A stretch of 64,000 nucleotides of DNA from Candidatus Heimdallarchaeota archaeon (lineage in GTDB: Archaea > Asgardarchaeota > Heimdallarchaeia > Hodarchaeales > Hodarchaeaceae): the NCBI GenBank assembly GCA_011364965.1, contig RDOB01000001.1:32001-96000 (forward strand), given 5' to 3'. Each line of letters starts with the position of its first letter. The stretch's first letter is position 1. Made by a program: the position numbers and the translations under genes. The notes beneath the pieces are model-generated. The model was not told the DNA's origin and ran no database searches. It worked only from the letters and a program-made list of their open reading frames with translations. This document shows positions 29,429-39,574 of this stretch, one piece after another.

Positions 29429-29833
29429 AATATTAAATTAAGATTTTCAAAGCAAATGCATAACGATCAATCTGATACATTTAATACATACCAGAAGTTT
29501 ATTTGATTTGTTTATAATATTCTAGTATTAAAAACTTCATAACCGTATTTTCTTAATGGCAATCTCTTCTTATTGGTTTTTTTATTCTTATTATTACGCT
29601 TGGGACAAATATTCAATTTTAATTTATAAGAGAGAGCTCCTAGCAATTAAAAAACCAAAATATTGGATAAATACAAAATTAACAGATTTTAATGTTTTTC
29701 ATAATTTAAAGGAAAGAAAATTAAATAGGAAGGGGAGATATTTTTAGACAGAGCTTTTTGGATATTTTATGAAATGCAGAGTGTTGTAATTATACTCCTA
29801 TAAAACAATAAAACGTAATTCGTGTGACATGAG

Positions 29834-30169
29834 ATGAGTTCAATTGAATTAAATGCCAAAAAAATTGAAACTTTAACTAAAGTGGCGAGACTGCTTGGAG
29901 ATCAGCTTCGAGAACAGAATAATAAGATTGAACAGTTACAGATAGAATTAGAAAAATTAAAAGAATTATTTAAAAGTAAAATTGAGTCCAATTCTGCTGT
30001 TTTAACAGAGGAAAAAGATATCAAAATAGCACAACAAATTAAACCAACCTTAGCTTCAAGGCAAGCTCCTGAAGTTGCAAAATTAGCTCAACAAAAAGCT
30101 ACTGCTAGAAACATCTCATCTGAAAAAGAAGAATTAAGAAAAGCATTAAAAATCATTGAAGAATTATAA
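29834..30169 (+). CDS. Hypothetical coiled-coil protein
   Basis: 111-aa ORF with heptad-like N-half and C-terminal amphipathic helix. Confidence 0.65.
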   Translation: MSSIELNAKKIETLTKVARLLGDQLREQNNKIEQLQIELEKLKELFKSKIESNSAVLTEEKDIKIAQQIKPTLASRQAPEVAKLAQQKATARNISSEKEELRKALKIIEEL

Positions 30170-30181
30170 TAAGGATTCTTA

Positions 30182-31846
30182 CTATCTCAAAACTTGACGT
30201 ACCAGTTGTCTTATTTCTAAGGGTACAAAATCCTTATTTCCTAAAAGTGCGTCTTTATATGATCGATTTCTATCTCTCCACTCTGTTGTATCCAACTGAT
30301 ACAGCTCTTCTCCTGTAGATGATATTATAACTTTTAGAATTCGATTATCCACAAAGTCGTTAAGTTTCTTAGTCAAATTTGAAACGTTTTCAAACGAAAT
30401 GTTTAGAATTTTACGTAGTTGTTCTTTGGATAGAGAATTTTCTGCCCCTAGTATAAATAAGATCCAATTATCAGGATGTGCTAAGAAAGTTTTAACTAAA
30501 TTAGTAACTATTTGCACATTCACACTTTCTGCACCTGTTAATTGTCCTTGCTTCATTGTAAATTCCTGAGTAACTTTGTAACTTAATTCCCTCTCTGAAT
30601 TCGAATGACTAAGTTGAGCTAACCGATCTTTCAGAATATCAACTTCTTCTCTGAGCTGAGTGAGATCTTTCACGACATGAGAGTCTTGATATTCTGGAAT
30701 TTTTGATGTATCGTCCGTTAAATCTGCTTTCAGAAGCAATCGCTGTTTCATTTCTTCATATTCGCGTTTCATTTGGATTAAAATATATTCGAATTCCTCA
30801 ATTTTCTCTGCAAGATGATCTGCGATTTCTTCATCGATTCCACGAGACCAAGCTAGTTTTTCTGGAACTCCTTGAGTAGTTTTATTGAGCTCTCTTTCCA
30901 AATTAGATTTTATTGTTTCCAGTTCAATAATTCTTGACTCCTGATTTTGAATTTTATTTTTTAGACCAGATAAAATGGTAGGAGATGTAAGAATAATTTC
31001 ATTATCAGAATTTTTTGGAATTCGATATACTGGCACAAAAGCTCCTGCTCCTTCGATTATAGATCCGTCTATGATCTCCACCCCCAATTGCCTTAATAAT
31101 ACAACTAACTCCTCTGTTTCATCGTTTTTTCTAAACATAAACATATCCTCCCCATGACGGTAAATTCGCGAAAACCTTAGCCATGTGTTCACGAAATCTA
31201 AAACATCCTGCTCATCATCACAATTGGAAACCGATCGTATTATCTCTGGAAAGTTGGCTTCATATTTACTGGTAAAAACCTTTACAAGTGCTGAGCAAAT
31301 TTGAACAGGAATCTTTATATAATAACCCCTTTGATTTTGGGCAATTTCACCTTCTGGACATAATTGAATATCAAATATTGAGTCAAATGTTTCTAGTAGA
31401 GCATCTATCTTTTCTCGTTGGTCAGTTTGATAAGTTCCTGTGAGAAATACATTCTTTGAAAGCGTTAATAATCCTAACAATTTTGCTAAAGAATTATTCT
31501 TGGTTTTCACTGGAAGCTTAATCGGTAATTGGTTTTTCTTGTTACCAATACTGGTTACTGTGAAAGAAATTAAGAAAAGTTCTTGAGGATCAGTCACTAA
31601 AAGCTTAATAGTAGAAAGAGGAATTGACATCTCTGGATTTGATCGATATCGAGACCATTGCGCACGACTAACGATTGGTTCAAGATTTTTTAGAACAACA
31701 CTTTTCTGAAACACAAATCTTCTCCCTCTAGGGGTTAAATTAACGCGCGTATCATCTGCAAAATGTTCTAAGGATAACCATTCATCAATAATGTGCTCTG
31801 CATCCTGTTCGGATTCGGATTCTAAGATAGACTCGTGGATTTTCGT
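30182..31846 (-). CDS. Hypothetical protein: degenerate LAGLIDADG-like domain, coiled coil, C-terminal winged helix (track start GTG 31714; probable ACG start 31846)
   Basis: LPVK..SLAKLLGLL, FPEII..DFVNTW, EELVVLLRQLGV; long coiled coil; LSKEQLRKIL..LTKKLNDFVDNRIL. Confidence 0.6.
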   Translation of the reverse strand, partial: TKIHESILESESEQDAEHIIDEWLSLEHFADDTRVNLTPRGRRFVFQKSVVLKNLEPIVSRAQWSRYRSNPEMSIPLSTIKLLVTDPQELFLISFTVTSIGNKKNQLPIKLPVKTKNNSLAKLLGLLTLSKNVFLTGTYQTDQREKIDALLETFDSIFDIQLCPEGEIAQNQRGYYIKIPVQICSALVKVFTSKYEANFPEIIRSVSNCDDEQDVLDFVNTWLRFSRIYRHGEDMFMFRKNDETEELVVLLRQLGVEIIDGSIIEGAGAFVPVYRIPKNSDNEIILTSPTILSGLKNKIQNQESRIIELETIKSNLERELNKTTQGVPEKLAWSRGIDEEIADHLAEKIEEFEYILIQMKREYEEMKQRLLLKADLTDDTSKIPEYQDSHVVKDLTQLREEVDILKDRLAQLSHSNSERELSYKVTQEFTMKQGQLTGAESVNVQIVTNLVKTFLAHPDNWILFILGAENSLSKEQLRKILNISFENVSNLTKKLNDFVDNRILKVIISSTGEELYQLDTTEWRDRNRSYKDALLGNKDFVPLEIRQLVRQVLR

Positions 31847-31987
31847 AAATATTCCTCCATCTGTGATATTGAAACGTATTTCTTTAAGTCCATGAATTTA
31901 TTAATTAGATTAATTGGGTCTGATATAATAAATATAATGGTAACATGTAATTATTATTTTGTTTGAAAAAGAAGAAAAAAGCCTTTT

Positions 31988-32836
31988 CTATGGTTGGTTT
32001 TCAAGATGCTGCCTTTTCAAGTAAGGTATAAACACAAATTGATAAAATATGTAAGCTATGCCTAAAATAACTACTAAAAAAGTCAACATTAAGTTAAATT
32101 GATTTGAACCCGATTCGATGAACATCTGTAAAGCAGTAGGGTCATCTATTATATGATTGATATCGCCTGGACTTAAATTAGAACCTAACCATGCATAAAA
32201 AACACATCGAATAAGTGATCCCAATAAAGTAGCAAAAAAATAAGGTTTAAACTTAATCTTAAGAAAACCAGAAGCATAAGAGATTGGATCGAATGCCATG
32301 AAGGGAAAAGCTCGAGCAAAAATGATTACACCTGTACCATACTTTTTAATATAAGAATCAATCAATTCTAAAGTGTCCTGACCTAAGAACTTTTCAATCA
32401 TTGGCCTTCCTCCTAGTATAGCAATATAATATGTAATAACTCCTGCTACCATGGATCCTATTATACCTAATATTGCTCCTCCATAAACTCCCCAAACTAG
32501 TCCAGATGTTAATAAAACTAATTCAGAAGGAATAGGTATCAAAATTCCCTGGATTCCCATGAAAATTATGAATATAATCCAACCCCAATAATCAAGATTT
32601 ATGATTGGGATCACAAACCAACGGATCACTTTATCAAAAAGCCAAGTTTCATCTTGCTGCTGAATAATAAGGATAATCCCGCTAAGAATTGCTATAAGAA
32701 AGAATATAAGAATCCAAATCCATGTGATTCGATCATGTCCTGAAAAAGTTCTTTTTACGGAATCTATAATCCACACTTTAATTTGAGATAGAAAACTAGA
32801 ATCATCAGTGGAACTGGAATCATCTTTCGCAGACAT
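31988..32836 (-). CDS. DedA/VTT (TVP38/TMEM64) family membrane protein
   Basis: IPIPSELV..G, GSMVAG..YYIA..GGRP, RAFPFMAFDPISYASG. Confidence 0.92.
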   Translation of the reverse strand: MSAKDDSSSTDDSSFLSQIKVWIIDSVKRTFSGHDRITWIWILIFFLIAILSGIILIIQQQDETWLFDKVIRWFVIPIINLDYWGWIIFIIFMGIQGILIPIPSELVLLTSGLVWGVYGGAILGIIGSMVAGVITYYIAILGGRPMIEKFLGQDTLELIDSYIKKYGTGVIIFARAFPFMAFDPISYASGFLKIKFKPYFFATLLGSLIRCVFYAWLGSNLSPGDINHIIDDPTALQMFIESGSNQFNLMLTFLVVILGIAYIFYQFVFIPYLKRQHLENQP

Positions 32837-32881
32837 AATTCTGTTTCCTATTAGATAGGAGTATACTATAACAAATGAAAT

Positions 32882-33334
32882 CTAAATTAATATAGCATCA
32901 ACCGTTCCATGCTGACCCGGACGACTTGTTACCCTCGCTTCTCCCCTTTTGGTTCGGATTATTGCACCTTTAGTTATTATTTTTCTTCTGGCAAAATCAC
33001 GGTTTGCTGAATTGTCAATTACATCTTCAATTTCTACTTTCTCGGTTTTCTTGCCGCTATCATGTGAAAGATTTGCAAATGAACCTAGTTGAAGACGGAT
33101 TTTCCGATTTCCACCTCTTGTTCGAATTATCTTTTTGCGAACTCCTCCTTCGCTAGCAAGAAGTGTTTGGGCTGCAGGCCTTGCTAAATCACGTTTTTTC
33201 TTTTTAACAGCAATATGATAACGCCCACCACTTGGTTTTCTTTTTGATCTTCTCTGTGACCTTGCCAATAGTGTTTCCTCTCTTTTTCTTTTATATACAA
33301 AAGCTGGAATCTTAATTTCTTTGATATCTACCAT
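32882..33334 (-). CDS. rps8e: 30S ribosomal protein S8e
   Basis: RSKRKPSGG, RTRGGN.K, ITKGAII, VTSRPGQHG. Confidence 0.97.
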   Translation of the reverse strand: MVDIKEIKIPAFVYKRKREETLLARSQRRSKRKPSGGRYHIAVKKKKRDLARPAAQTLLASEGGVRKKIIRTRGGNRKIRLQLGSFANLSHDSGKKTEKVEIEDVIDNSANRDFARRKIITKGAIIRTKRGEARVTSRPGQHGTVDAILI

Positions 33335-33363
33335 TTAAAAGGTTATAATCTTGATTTTAAATA

Positions 33364-33687
33364 TCAGTCTCTTTTCCCACTAGGTAATTTTTTCCGACCA
33401 AACTGGGATTTTCTGCCCCCTTTTTTCTTATCATATTGAGGATCTGAAAATAGAGTTGTTTCTTCATTTAAATGAGAGATTTTGTCTTTTCTAGCTGAAA
33501 TAACAAGCCAAGGGTTTTTCGTTGAACCTATAACCTCAATAATCTCACCAATCTTGATATATTTACCTTTTTCTTGTATCAGAGCTGATGAACCTATTTT
33601 AGGAAGGTTTTCACCTATCAACTGCACAACTATCTTCCCTTGGGTAATGATTGGGGATCTTCCAATAATAGGATGTGAATTTGACAT
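33364..33687 (-). CDS. gar1: H/ACA RNP protein Gar1
   Basis: PKIGS..KIGEIIEVIGSTKNPW; basic tail; next to rps8e. Confidence 0.8.
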   Translation of the reverse strand: MSNSHPIIGRSPIITQGKIVVQLIGENLPKIGSSALIQEKGKYIKIGEIIEVIGSTKNPWLVISARKDKISHLNEETTLFSDPQYDKKKGGRKSQFGRKKLPSGKRD

Positions 33688-33775
33688 AAACTAGGAATTT
33701 TTTTTTACATATAAAAATAATGTGATTTATACGAGAACTTTTGAAACCTGAAGAAATTATTTAAGTTGTGATAAA

Positions 33776-34996
33776 ATGTTGACATATGATGTCATTATTA
33801 TTGGTGGGGGCCCTGCAGGTTTATCAGCTGCAAACACTACATCTAAATCAGGACTTAATACTATAGTTTTAGAAGAACACGGAAAAATTGGGGAACCTTT
33901 GGCATGCGGAGAAGGTATATCAATTGATAAGATTTCTACCTTAGAAAATATGCCAAATCCTGAGTTTCAACTAGATGATAATGCATTACAGCTTCAGCAA
34001 CACCATAGTTTCGTAGAAAGGATAGTTAGAGCTCAAAGATTCTTTTTTGGTAACACTGGTGTTGCCACTTCAAGCTTAAATACCGTAACCATAAACCGAC
34101 CCCTATTTGATCAACTTATGGCCAAAAATGCAGAGAAAAATGGAGCTCTAATCAAATTAAATACCGCTGTAAAAGGAATCCACCGTAATCAAGGCAAATT
34201 AGAATTAATAACCACACAAGGTAATTTCCAATCAAAAATTGTTATTGGTTGCGATGGTCCTGCTTCGCACTCTGTTAGGATGATGGGACTATCTCCTCCC
34301 TCTAAATATGTACAAGCTGTGGAATACAAAATCGATGGTGTTTTCACTGATGCACTCGATTTTTATTTTAATTTCAATATTCTAAAAATGCATTATGGTT
34401 GGGTATTCCCTAAGAAAGTACACACGAATGTGGGGGTCGTTGTTGATCCGGCCTCTAGTCCAATGAAAATATTAAATTTATTTACTGATTATTTAGAAAA
34501 TAAAGATATCAAAAATGCAAAAATCGTAAGAAAAATAGCTGGCATTATCCCTGCTGGAGGCCCAATCCCAAAATACTATACCGATAATTTTATGGCTGCG
34601 GGAGATGCTGCGGGGATGACAAACTCGATTTTTTATGGTGGAATAGCAATAAGCATCCATTCTGCTGCTTTAGCAGCCCAAATTGCTAAAGATGCATATG
34701 AGACAAACGATTTTAGCGCCAATTTCCTAAAGCAATATGCAGAATTATGTCAGCAGTTTCCTTACACCAATCCGATTATACAGCAAGCTCATGAAATATT
34801 ATATGATTATTTTACTGCAGAAGATCTTGATACTCTTGGAAAATGGTTCAATGGCTGGGATATTACTGAGTTTAGTAAAATGCAAAAAATAAAAATATTT
34901 CTTAAAGCTATGACGAAACCTAAATTATTGAGGAAATTTAATAATGCCAAGACACTTGCACATGGTTTTAGCACGAGTAGGGATTGGGGATTCTGA
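33776..34996 (+). CDS. Geranylgeranyl reductase family flavoprotein
   Basis: GGGPAG, ACGEG, RPLFD, YGWVFPK, GDAAG..GGI. Confidence 0.92.
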   Translation: MLTYDVIIIGGGPAGLSAANTTSKSGLNTIVLEEHGKIGEPLACGEGISIDKISTLENMPNPEFQLDDNALQLQQHHSFVERIVRAQRFFFGNTGVATSSLNTVTINRPLFDQLMAKNAEKNGALIKLNTAVKGIHRNQGKLELITTQGNFQSKIVIGCDGPASHSVRMMGLSPPSKYVQAVEYKIDGVFTDALDFYFNFNILKMHYGWVFPKKVHTNVGVVVDPASSPMKILNLFTDYLENKDIKNAKIVRKIAGIIPAGGPIPKYYTDNFMAAGDAAGMTNSIFYGGIAISIHSAALAAQIAKDAYETNDFSANFLKQYAELCQQFPYTNPIIQQAHEILYDYFTAEDLDTLGKWFNGWDITEFSKMQKIKIFLKAMTKPKLLRKFNNAKTLAHGFSTSRDWGF

Positions 34997-35149
34997 CTAA
35001 ATTTCTCAATTTGTGAAATCAAAAGATATTTGTCTGTTTCTTAATTTACATAGAGCTAAGTCAAGATTTAAGTAGATAACACGAGTGTACTTTTTTACGT
35101 TAGAATTACCCGTATTTCAACTAAAACCAAAAACTAAGGATTGACATAA

Positions 35150-35296
35150 ATGAGAAGCAATGCAAAAGCGTTTATTGTCTTAGGACTAGGGATTATTTGT
35201 TTAGCAATCGCTTTATCACCTGAAGAAGTTACGAGATTTATGAATATGATAATTGATTTTACTAAAAGTGCAAAAGCAGGAATTCCAAGTCCTTAG
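35150..35296 (+). CDS. Small membrane peptide (48 aa, not in ORF track) coupled to downstream Fe-S protein
   Basis: Hand translation MRSNAKAFIVLGLGIICLAIALSPEEVTRFMNMIIDFTKSAKAGIPSP; its TAG abuts the next GTG. Confidence 0.55.
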   Translation: MRSNAKAFIVLGLGIICLAIALSPEEVTRFMNMIIDFTKSAKAGIPSP

Positions 35297-36217
35297 GTGA
35301 CCACAATGGCATGGCATAAAAAACCCAAGACAAACATAACCAAACTTCGTATATTAAGAATCTTTGTTCAACTAATCATGTTCTTCTTACTAAACCTTGG
35401 TTTTTTTTCAATCGGAGCAACTTGGCTAGTATTGCCAATCAACTACCCTAAATCCCTATATTCATCTTCTGAAGACGCGTTTTTCTTATTACAACGCATG
35501 TTGACTGATTCAATCGTACCATTAATTCCTCTGGCGTCTTTTTTCATCATTGGCTCCGTTTTTGGGCGTCTTTTCTGCGCATGGGGTTGCCCATTTGGAC
35601 TGTTTCAAGATTTGATTGGTGTATTAACATCTCGAATTAAAAAGTACGAACCAACAAGCGAAACTAACAATAGCTTACGTCAAATTGGAGAATTTATAAC
35701 AGGAGCAACTATAATAGTATCCACATTTATTGGAATATCCCTTAGTCTTCAAAACGCTTCTGTGGTTGAAAATGCATTTGGGATATTTATTGATCAACCA
35801 TGGGCAGTTCTTAGTCCTTCTGTGTTCTTATTCACAGTAATTCCATTGCTTTTTTGGTGGGGAGGAATTGAGAATTTCTTTATTTGGGAGAAGTTCGTTT
35901 TAATAGATTTAGTTTTCTGGATTAGATTGCTAATTTTCATATTTGCAATTATATTGGTCATTTATATACCGAAAGGCTGGTGTAGATGGTTTTGTCCAGC
36001 TGGGATAATAATGGGACAGATTGGCAAGCATTCCATCCTAGGATTGGGAAGAAACATCTCAAAGTGCACACATTGTGGGCTATGTGAAGATGTGTGTCCA
36101 ATGGGTGTCAAGATATTAAGCCATAAACCAGAGAAAATCCGAAGTGAACTTTGTACTAATTGTTTGGACTGTATGGCAGTTTGTCCTGAAAACGCGTTAG
36201 AATTAAAATTTCTTTAA
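35297..36217 (+). CDS. Membrane 4Fe-4S binding protein (NapH/YccM-like polyferredoxin)
   Basis: GRLFCAWGCPFG, WCRWFCPAG, two CxxCxxCxxxCP ferredoxin motifs. Confidence 0.92.
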   Translation: MTTMAWHKKPKTNITKLRILRIFVQLIMFFLLNLGFFSIGATWLVLPINYPKSLYSSSEDAFFLLQRMLTDSIVPLIPLASFFIIGSVFGRLFCAWGCPFGLFQDLIGVLTSRIKKYEPTSETNNSLRQIGEFITGATIIVSTFIGISLSLQNASVVENAFGIFIDQPWAVLSPSVFLFTVIPLLFWWGGIENFFIWEKFVLIDLVFWIRLLIFIFAIILVIYIPKGWCRWFCPAGIIMGQIGKHSILGLGRNISKCTHCGLCEDVCPMGVKILSHKPEKIRSELCTNCLDCMAVCPENALELKFL

Positions 36218-36234
36218 GGAAAAAAATTAATAGA

Positions 36235-36459
36235 TTATTCCCACCGTAACCTATCTATTTCCCGATCTTTTTTTAATTTTTTCTTTATTTTTCGATAATG
36301 ATCTGAACATAAATGAATTCTTTGTACTTTATCACGGATATCAAGGCTCAATCCAGCCTCTTTAATCGCAGCACCCGCTTTCTCCCGTGAAACAGTTTTT
36401 TTACTTTCATTCCCACAATTTTCAATATTACAGGATTTCTTCGATGACATTTCCTTCAC
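36235..36459 (-). CDS. Small basic putative zinc-binding protein
   Basis: CNIENC...LCSDHY pattern, Lys-rich tail. Confidence 0.7.
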   Translation of the reverse strand: MKEMSSKKSCNIENCGNESKKTVSREKAGAAIKEAGLSLDIRDKVQRIHLCSDHYRKIKKKLKKDREIDRLRWE

Positions 36460-36471
36460 ACAGAATAGTTA

Positions 36472-37221
36472 TTATCCTAAAGGAGTTAATTCAATATGAC
36501 CAGGAGTTGGTTGGAAAGCAAAATCTGTATTTTCAACCTCTGAGAGGGTCATCCCTGGTACTTTAAGTATTTGTAATGCCGATGATGGTTCTTTATCATG
36601 CTCTTTCAAAGTACTGAGTCGAAGAACGCCATCACAATAATGTTCAACTGCTTTTACAATTTGGGGTTCGTGTACATCTCTGTGTATCGTGAGTAAACTA
36701 ACAATACCCATTTCTTTATCAGTTGCTATTTTATGTTGAAGAAAGGCCATTGGTGCTTTTAAAGTATCTGATACTAGAAGAATAGTCGTTAATGAGTCTA
36801 GTACACCTCGTACTGATTGGGAACGGACATGTAGAAGTGATCTACGTATCTGGTCTGTAACTAAACGAGGTTGAGTTATATCGCGTATAATATTTTCTCC
36901 TGTGGCAACAGGTCGGCCTTCGGAATAACCAAAGGGATTTGAAAACGCATCAAGAAAAACTAGTCTTTTCGTTTCAAAAGTAACTTCTGAAATGCTGTAG
37001 GGGACAAATAATGGAGAATAATGAGAGAAGAGATGCTCTGTAGATAAGATATACCCATATTCTCCAGTTCTCAACCCTTCTGATAAAAATTGCACAAGAA
37101 TGTGTTCAGTATTTATCCCGACTTCATCTTCAACAAGAATTATACTCCCTCGTGGAACTCCACCACCTAATGCATCATCTAAGAGAGGAATTCCGAATCT
37201 AGCTCGATCATCCATGGACAT
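36472..37221 (-). CDS. KaiC/RAD55-like RecA-fold protein with degenerate Walker A
   Basis: FGIPLLDDALGGGVPRGS, VLDSL, VEHYCDGV, LQILK; Walker A reads EDEVGINT. Confidence 0.85.
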   Translation of the reverse strand: MSMDDRARFGIPLLDDALGGGVPRGSIILVEDEVGINTEHILVQFLSEGLRTGEYGYILSTEHLFSHYSPLFVPYSISEVTFETKRLVFLDAFSNPFGYSEGRPVATGENIIRDITQPRLVTDQIRRSLLHVRSQSVRGVLDSLTTILLVSDTLKAPMAFLQHKIATDKEMGIVSLLTIHRDVHEPQIVKAVEHYCDGVLRLSTLKEHDKEPSSALQILKVPGMTLSEVENTDFAFQPTPGHIELTPLG

Positions 37222-37548
37222 ATTAGTTTCTCCGTTTAAATAAATTAAGATATAATTTAAAGGAATATTACTTAAAAATATTTTATTTCATTTGATTCAA
37301 GTTTCTTCTGTTTGAAGGAATTATGAAATTCCTACAATTTGATAAACTATCTATCAAAGCTTAAAAAATTGCCTATTAACGTGTGACTCTTAATTAGATC
37401 AGAATGAAAAAAAAGGCTTCTATACTAATATATGATTAAAAAAAAATAGATTTCTGGGTATTAAATACAACTAAAAGATGCTGATAAAAAGTTACTAATC
37501 CCTATGAAAAATGTAATTTATAAAATTCTGTAGTTGAAGGACATTTAG

Positions 37549-38343
37549 ATGAAAATTGAATTCTTTGGGATCAAAACTCCGCTCATTGACAATCCTGATA
37601 GCAAGTTCATTCATATTTTTCAAGATAATTTATTCAAAGCAAATTTGAACCTTCTAGATGGCGATATTGTTATCGTTGCCTCCAAATTAATCTCTATTTT
37701 AGAGAAATGCCAAATTTCCCTTGATGATATAAAAAATATCCGCGATGAAGCAAAAAAGACTGCTGTTACAAGCAATCTTGATCCAAAATTTGTTGAAATC
37801 GTCTATCGTGAAGCTGATGAGGTATTAGGAGCAGTTCCAGGTGCTGTTCTCACATTAAAAAATGGAACTTTACATGCTAATTCTGGAGTTGATAGTAGTA
37901 ATTCTGGGGGGAAAAATTATTTGATAACATTACCGAAGGATCCATTTGGAACTGCAGAGCGAATAAGAAGGGAGATTTTTATAAAAACAAAAAAGAAAGT
38001 CGGAGTGATTATTGCGGATTCCAAAACTCAACCTTTAAGGCGAGGAACGTCGGGATTTGCTCTGGGTGTAGCGGGGTTCATTCCAGTTATTGATGATCGA
38101 GGAAAATTAGACCTTTATGGTCGTAAAATGGTTGTTACTACCCGAGCAATTGCTGATAATCTTGTATGTGCAGCAGAAATCTTAATGGGTGAAACGGATC
38201 AAAAAATTCCTATTGTAATTGCTAGAGGGTGCTTAGATATAATTTTCGAAAACTTTTCAGATCCTACCGCAGTGGATAGGCTAATGAAAATGGATCCTGA
38301 ACATTGTATTTATATTGGTCCACTATGGGTTAATAAGCGTTAA
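37549..38343 (+). CDS. cofE: CofE-family gamma-glutamyl ligase
   Basis: DGDIVIVASKLIS, ANSGVDSSN, VIIADS..PLRRG, DLYGR, MGE..PIVIARG. Confidence 0.9.
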   Translation: MKIEFFGIKTPLIDNPDSKFIHIFQDNLFKANLNLLDGDIVIVASKLISILEKCQISLDDIKNIRDEAKKTAVTSNLDPKFVEIVYREADEVLGAVPGAVLTLKNGTLHANSGVDSSNSGGKNYLITLPKDPFGTAERIRREIFIKTKKKVGVIIADSKTQPLRRGTSGFALGVAGFIPVIDDRGKLDLYGRKMVVTTRAIADNLVCAAEILMGETDQKIPIVIARGCLDIIFENFSDPTAVDRLMKMDPEHCIYIGPLWVNKR

Positions 38344-38365
38344 AAATTACAGGAAAAACGAATAA

Positions 38366-39226
38366 ATGGTTATCACATCTGAGTTGGCAGGAATAAAGAT
38401 TGGAGATACATATCCCACTAGGATTATGGCTATCATTAATCTCTCGCCGACCTCTTACTATAAAAACAGCATTAAATCTTCAAAAGATGAAATAATAGAA
38501 CAAATTGAAATGATAGAACATGCGAAAGTAGATTTCATTGATGTAGGAGCAATTTCAAGTGCTCCCAGTTTTCTATATGGAAATCAGGAAAAATTAACTA
38601 TCAAAGAGGAGATTTCGCGCTTAACAGTATTTTTTGCAGCTAATGATGAAGTTAATTCAGATATTCCTGTGTCAATAGACACAGGTTCAGCAAAAACAGC
38701 TGAATATGCGCTTTCAAAAGGTGCCAGTGTCATTAATGACATAACAGGGTTTAAATCAGATCCTAATCTTGCTAAAGTTATTTCAAACTGGAATGCTGGG
38801 GCTGTTATTATGGCATGTAGAAATACCCCTGGTGATGTATACACTATTGAAACTATATGTCATGAACTCGGGAGAAGCATAAAATTGGGAAGAGAAGCTG
38901 GAATCAAGGAATCAAAGATGATTATAGACCCAGGGCTAGGAGGTTGGACAAATGAGAGAAAATCAATTCATGATTATACGATAATTGCCAAATTACCTGA
39001 TATACGTCATTTGAAAAAACCAATTCTTGTTGGAATTTCTAGAAAATCATTTATTGGTAAGATATTAGAAAAAGCACCTGAAGAAAGGTTATGGGGCTCA
39101 TTGGCAGCAACAACAGCAGCAATATTAAATGGAGCTCATGTCATACGTACCCATGACCCTATGGAAACTAAAGATTGTGCTATTATATCTAAATATATTG
39201 CAAAATTAGGTAGGAATCTAGATTAA
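38366..39226 (+). CDS. folP: Dihydropteroate synthase
   Basis: IMAIINLSP, IDVGA, SIDT, INDITG, DPGLG, GISRKSF, IRTHD. Confidence 0.93.
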   Translation: MVITSELAGIKIGDTYPTRIMAIINLSPTSYYKNSIKSSKDEIIEQIEMIEHAKVDFIDVGAISSAPSFLYGNQEKLTIKEEISRLTVFFAANDEVNSDIPVSIDTGSAKTAEYALSKGASVINDITGFKSDPNLAKVISNWNAGAVIMACRNTPGDVYTIETICHELGRSIKLGREAGIKESKMIIDPGLGGWTNERKSIHDYTIIAKLPDIRHLKKPILVGISRKSFIGKILEKAPEERLWGSLAATTAAILNGAHVIRTHDPMETKDCAIISKYIAKLGRNLD

Positions 39227-39574
39227 AATCCTATAAGGTTCAATTTAAACAACTATTAGAACAGGAGATTTTTGATTAGCTGAAAGGGTTCCTAACTTCA
39301 AATAATTACATTATTAAGTAAAAACTCAAATTCATTCAAATAACTCGGATAAATTCTCTATACACGACCAAGGGTAAGATGTAAGTAGAAGTTTATTAAC
39401 GAAACTTCTTAAACCTTGGATTCTTATTGGTTATATAGAAGAGTAATATAATTGTAAGAACCCTGTAATCTAAATTATGGAATCTTAAAGGTAAAAATAA
39501 ATAGAGAGATCAGTACCAATTCATCTCTCACTCTTTAGTTGAACTAAATAATTCGTGTATTGAAGGTTATTTTA

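Noticed and set aside
29556-29747. AT-rich intergenic ORFs (also 16800-17078, 43687-43878, 51957-52145)
   Set aside because: Low-complexity F/I/L/K composition typical of non-coding AT-rich DNA, with no motifs.
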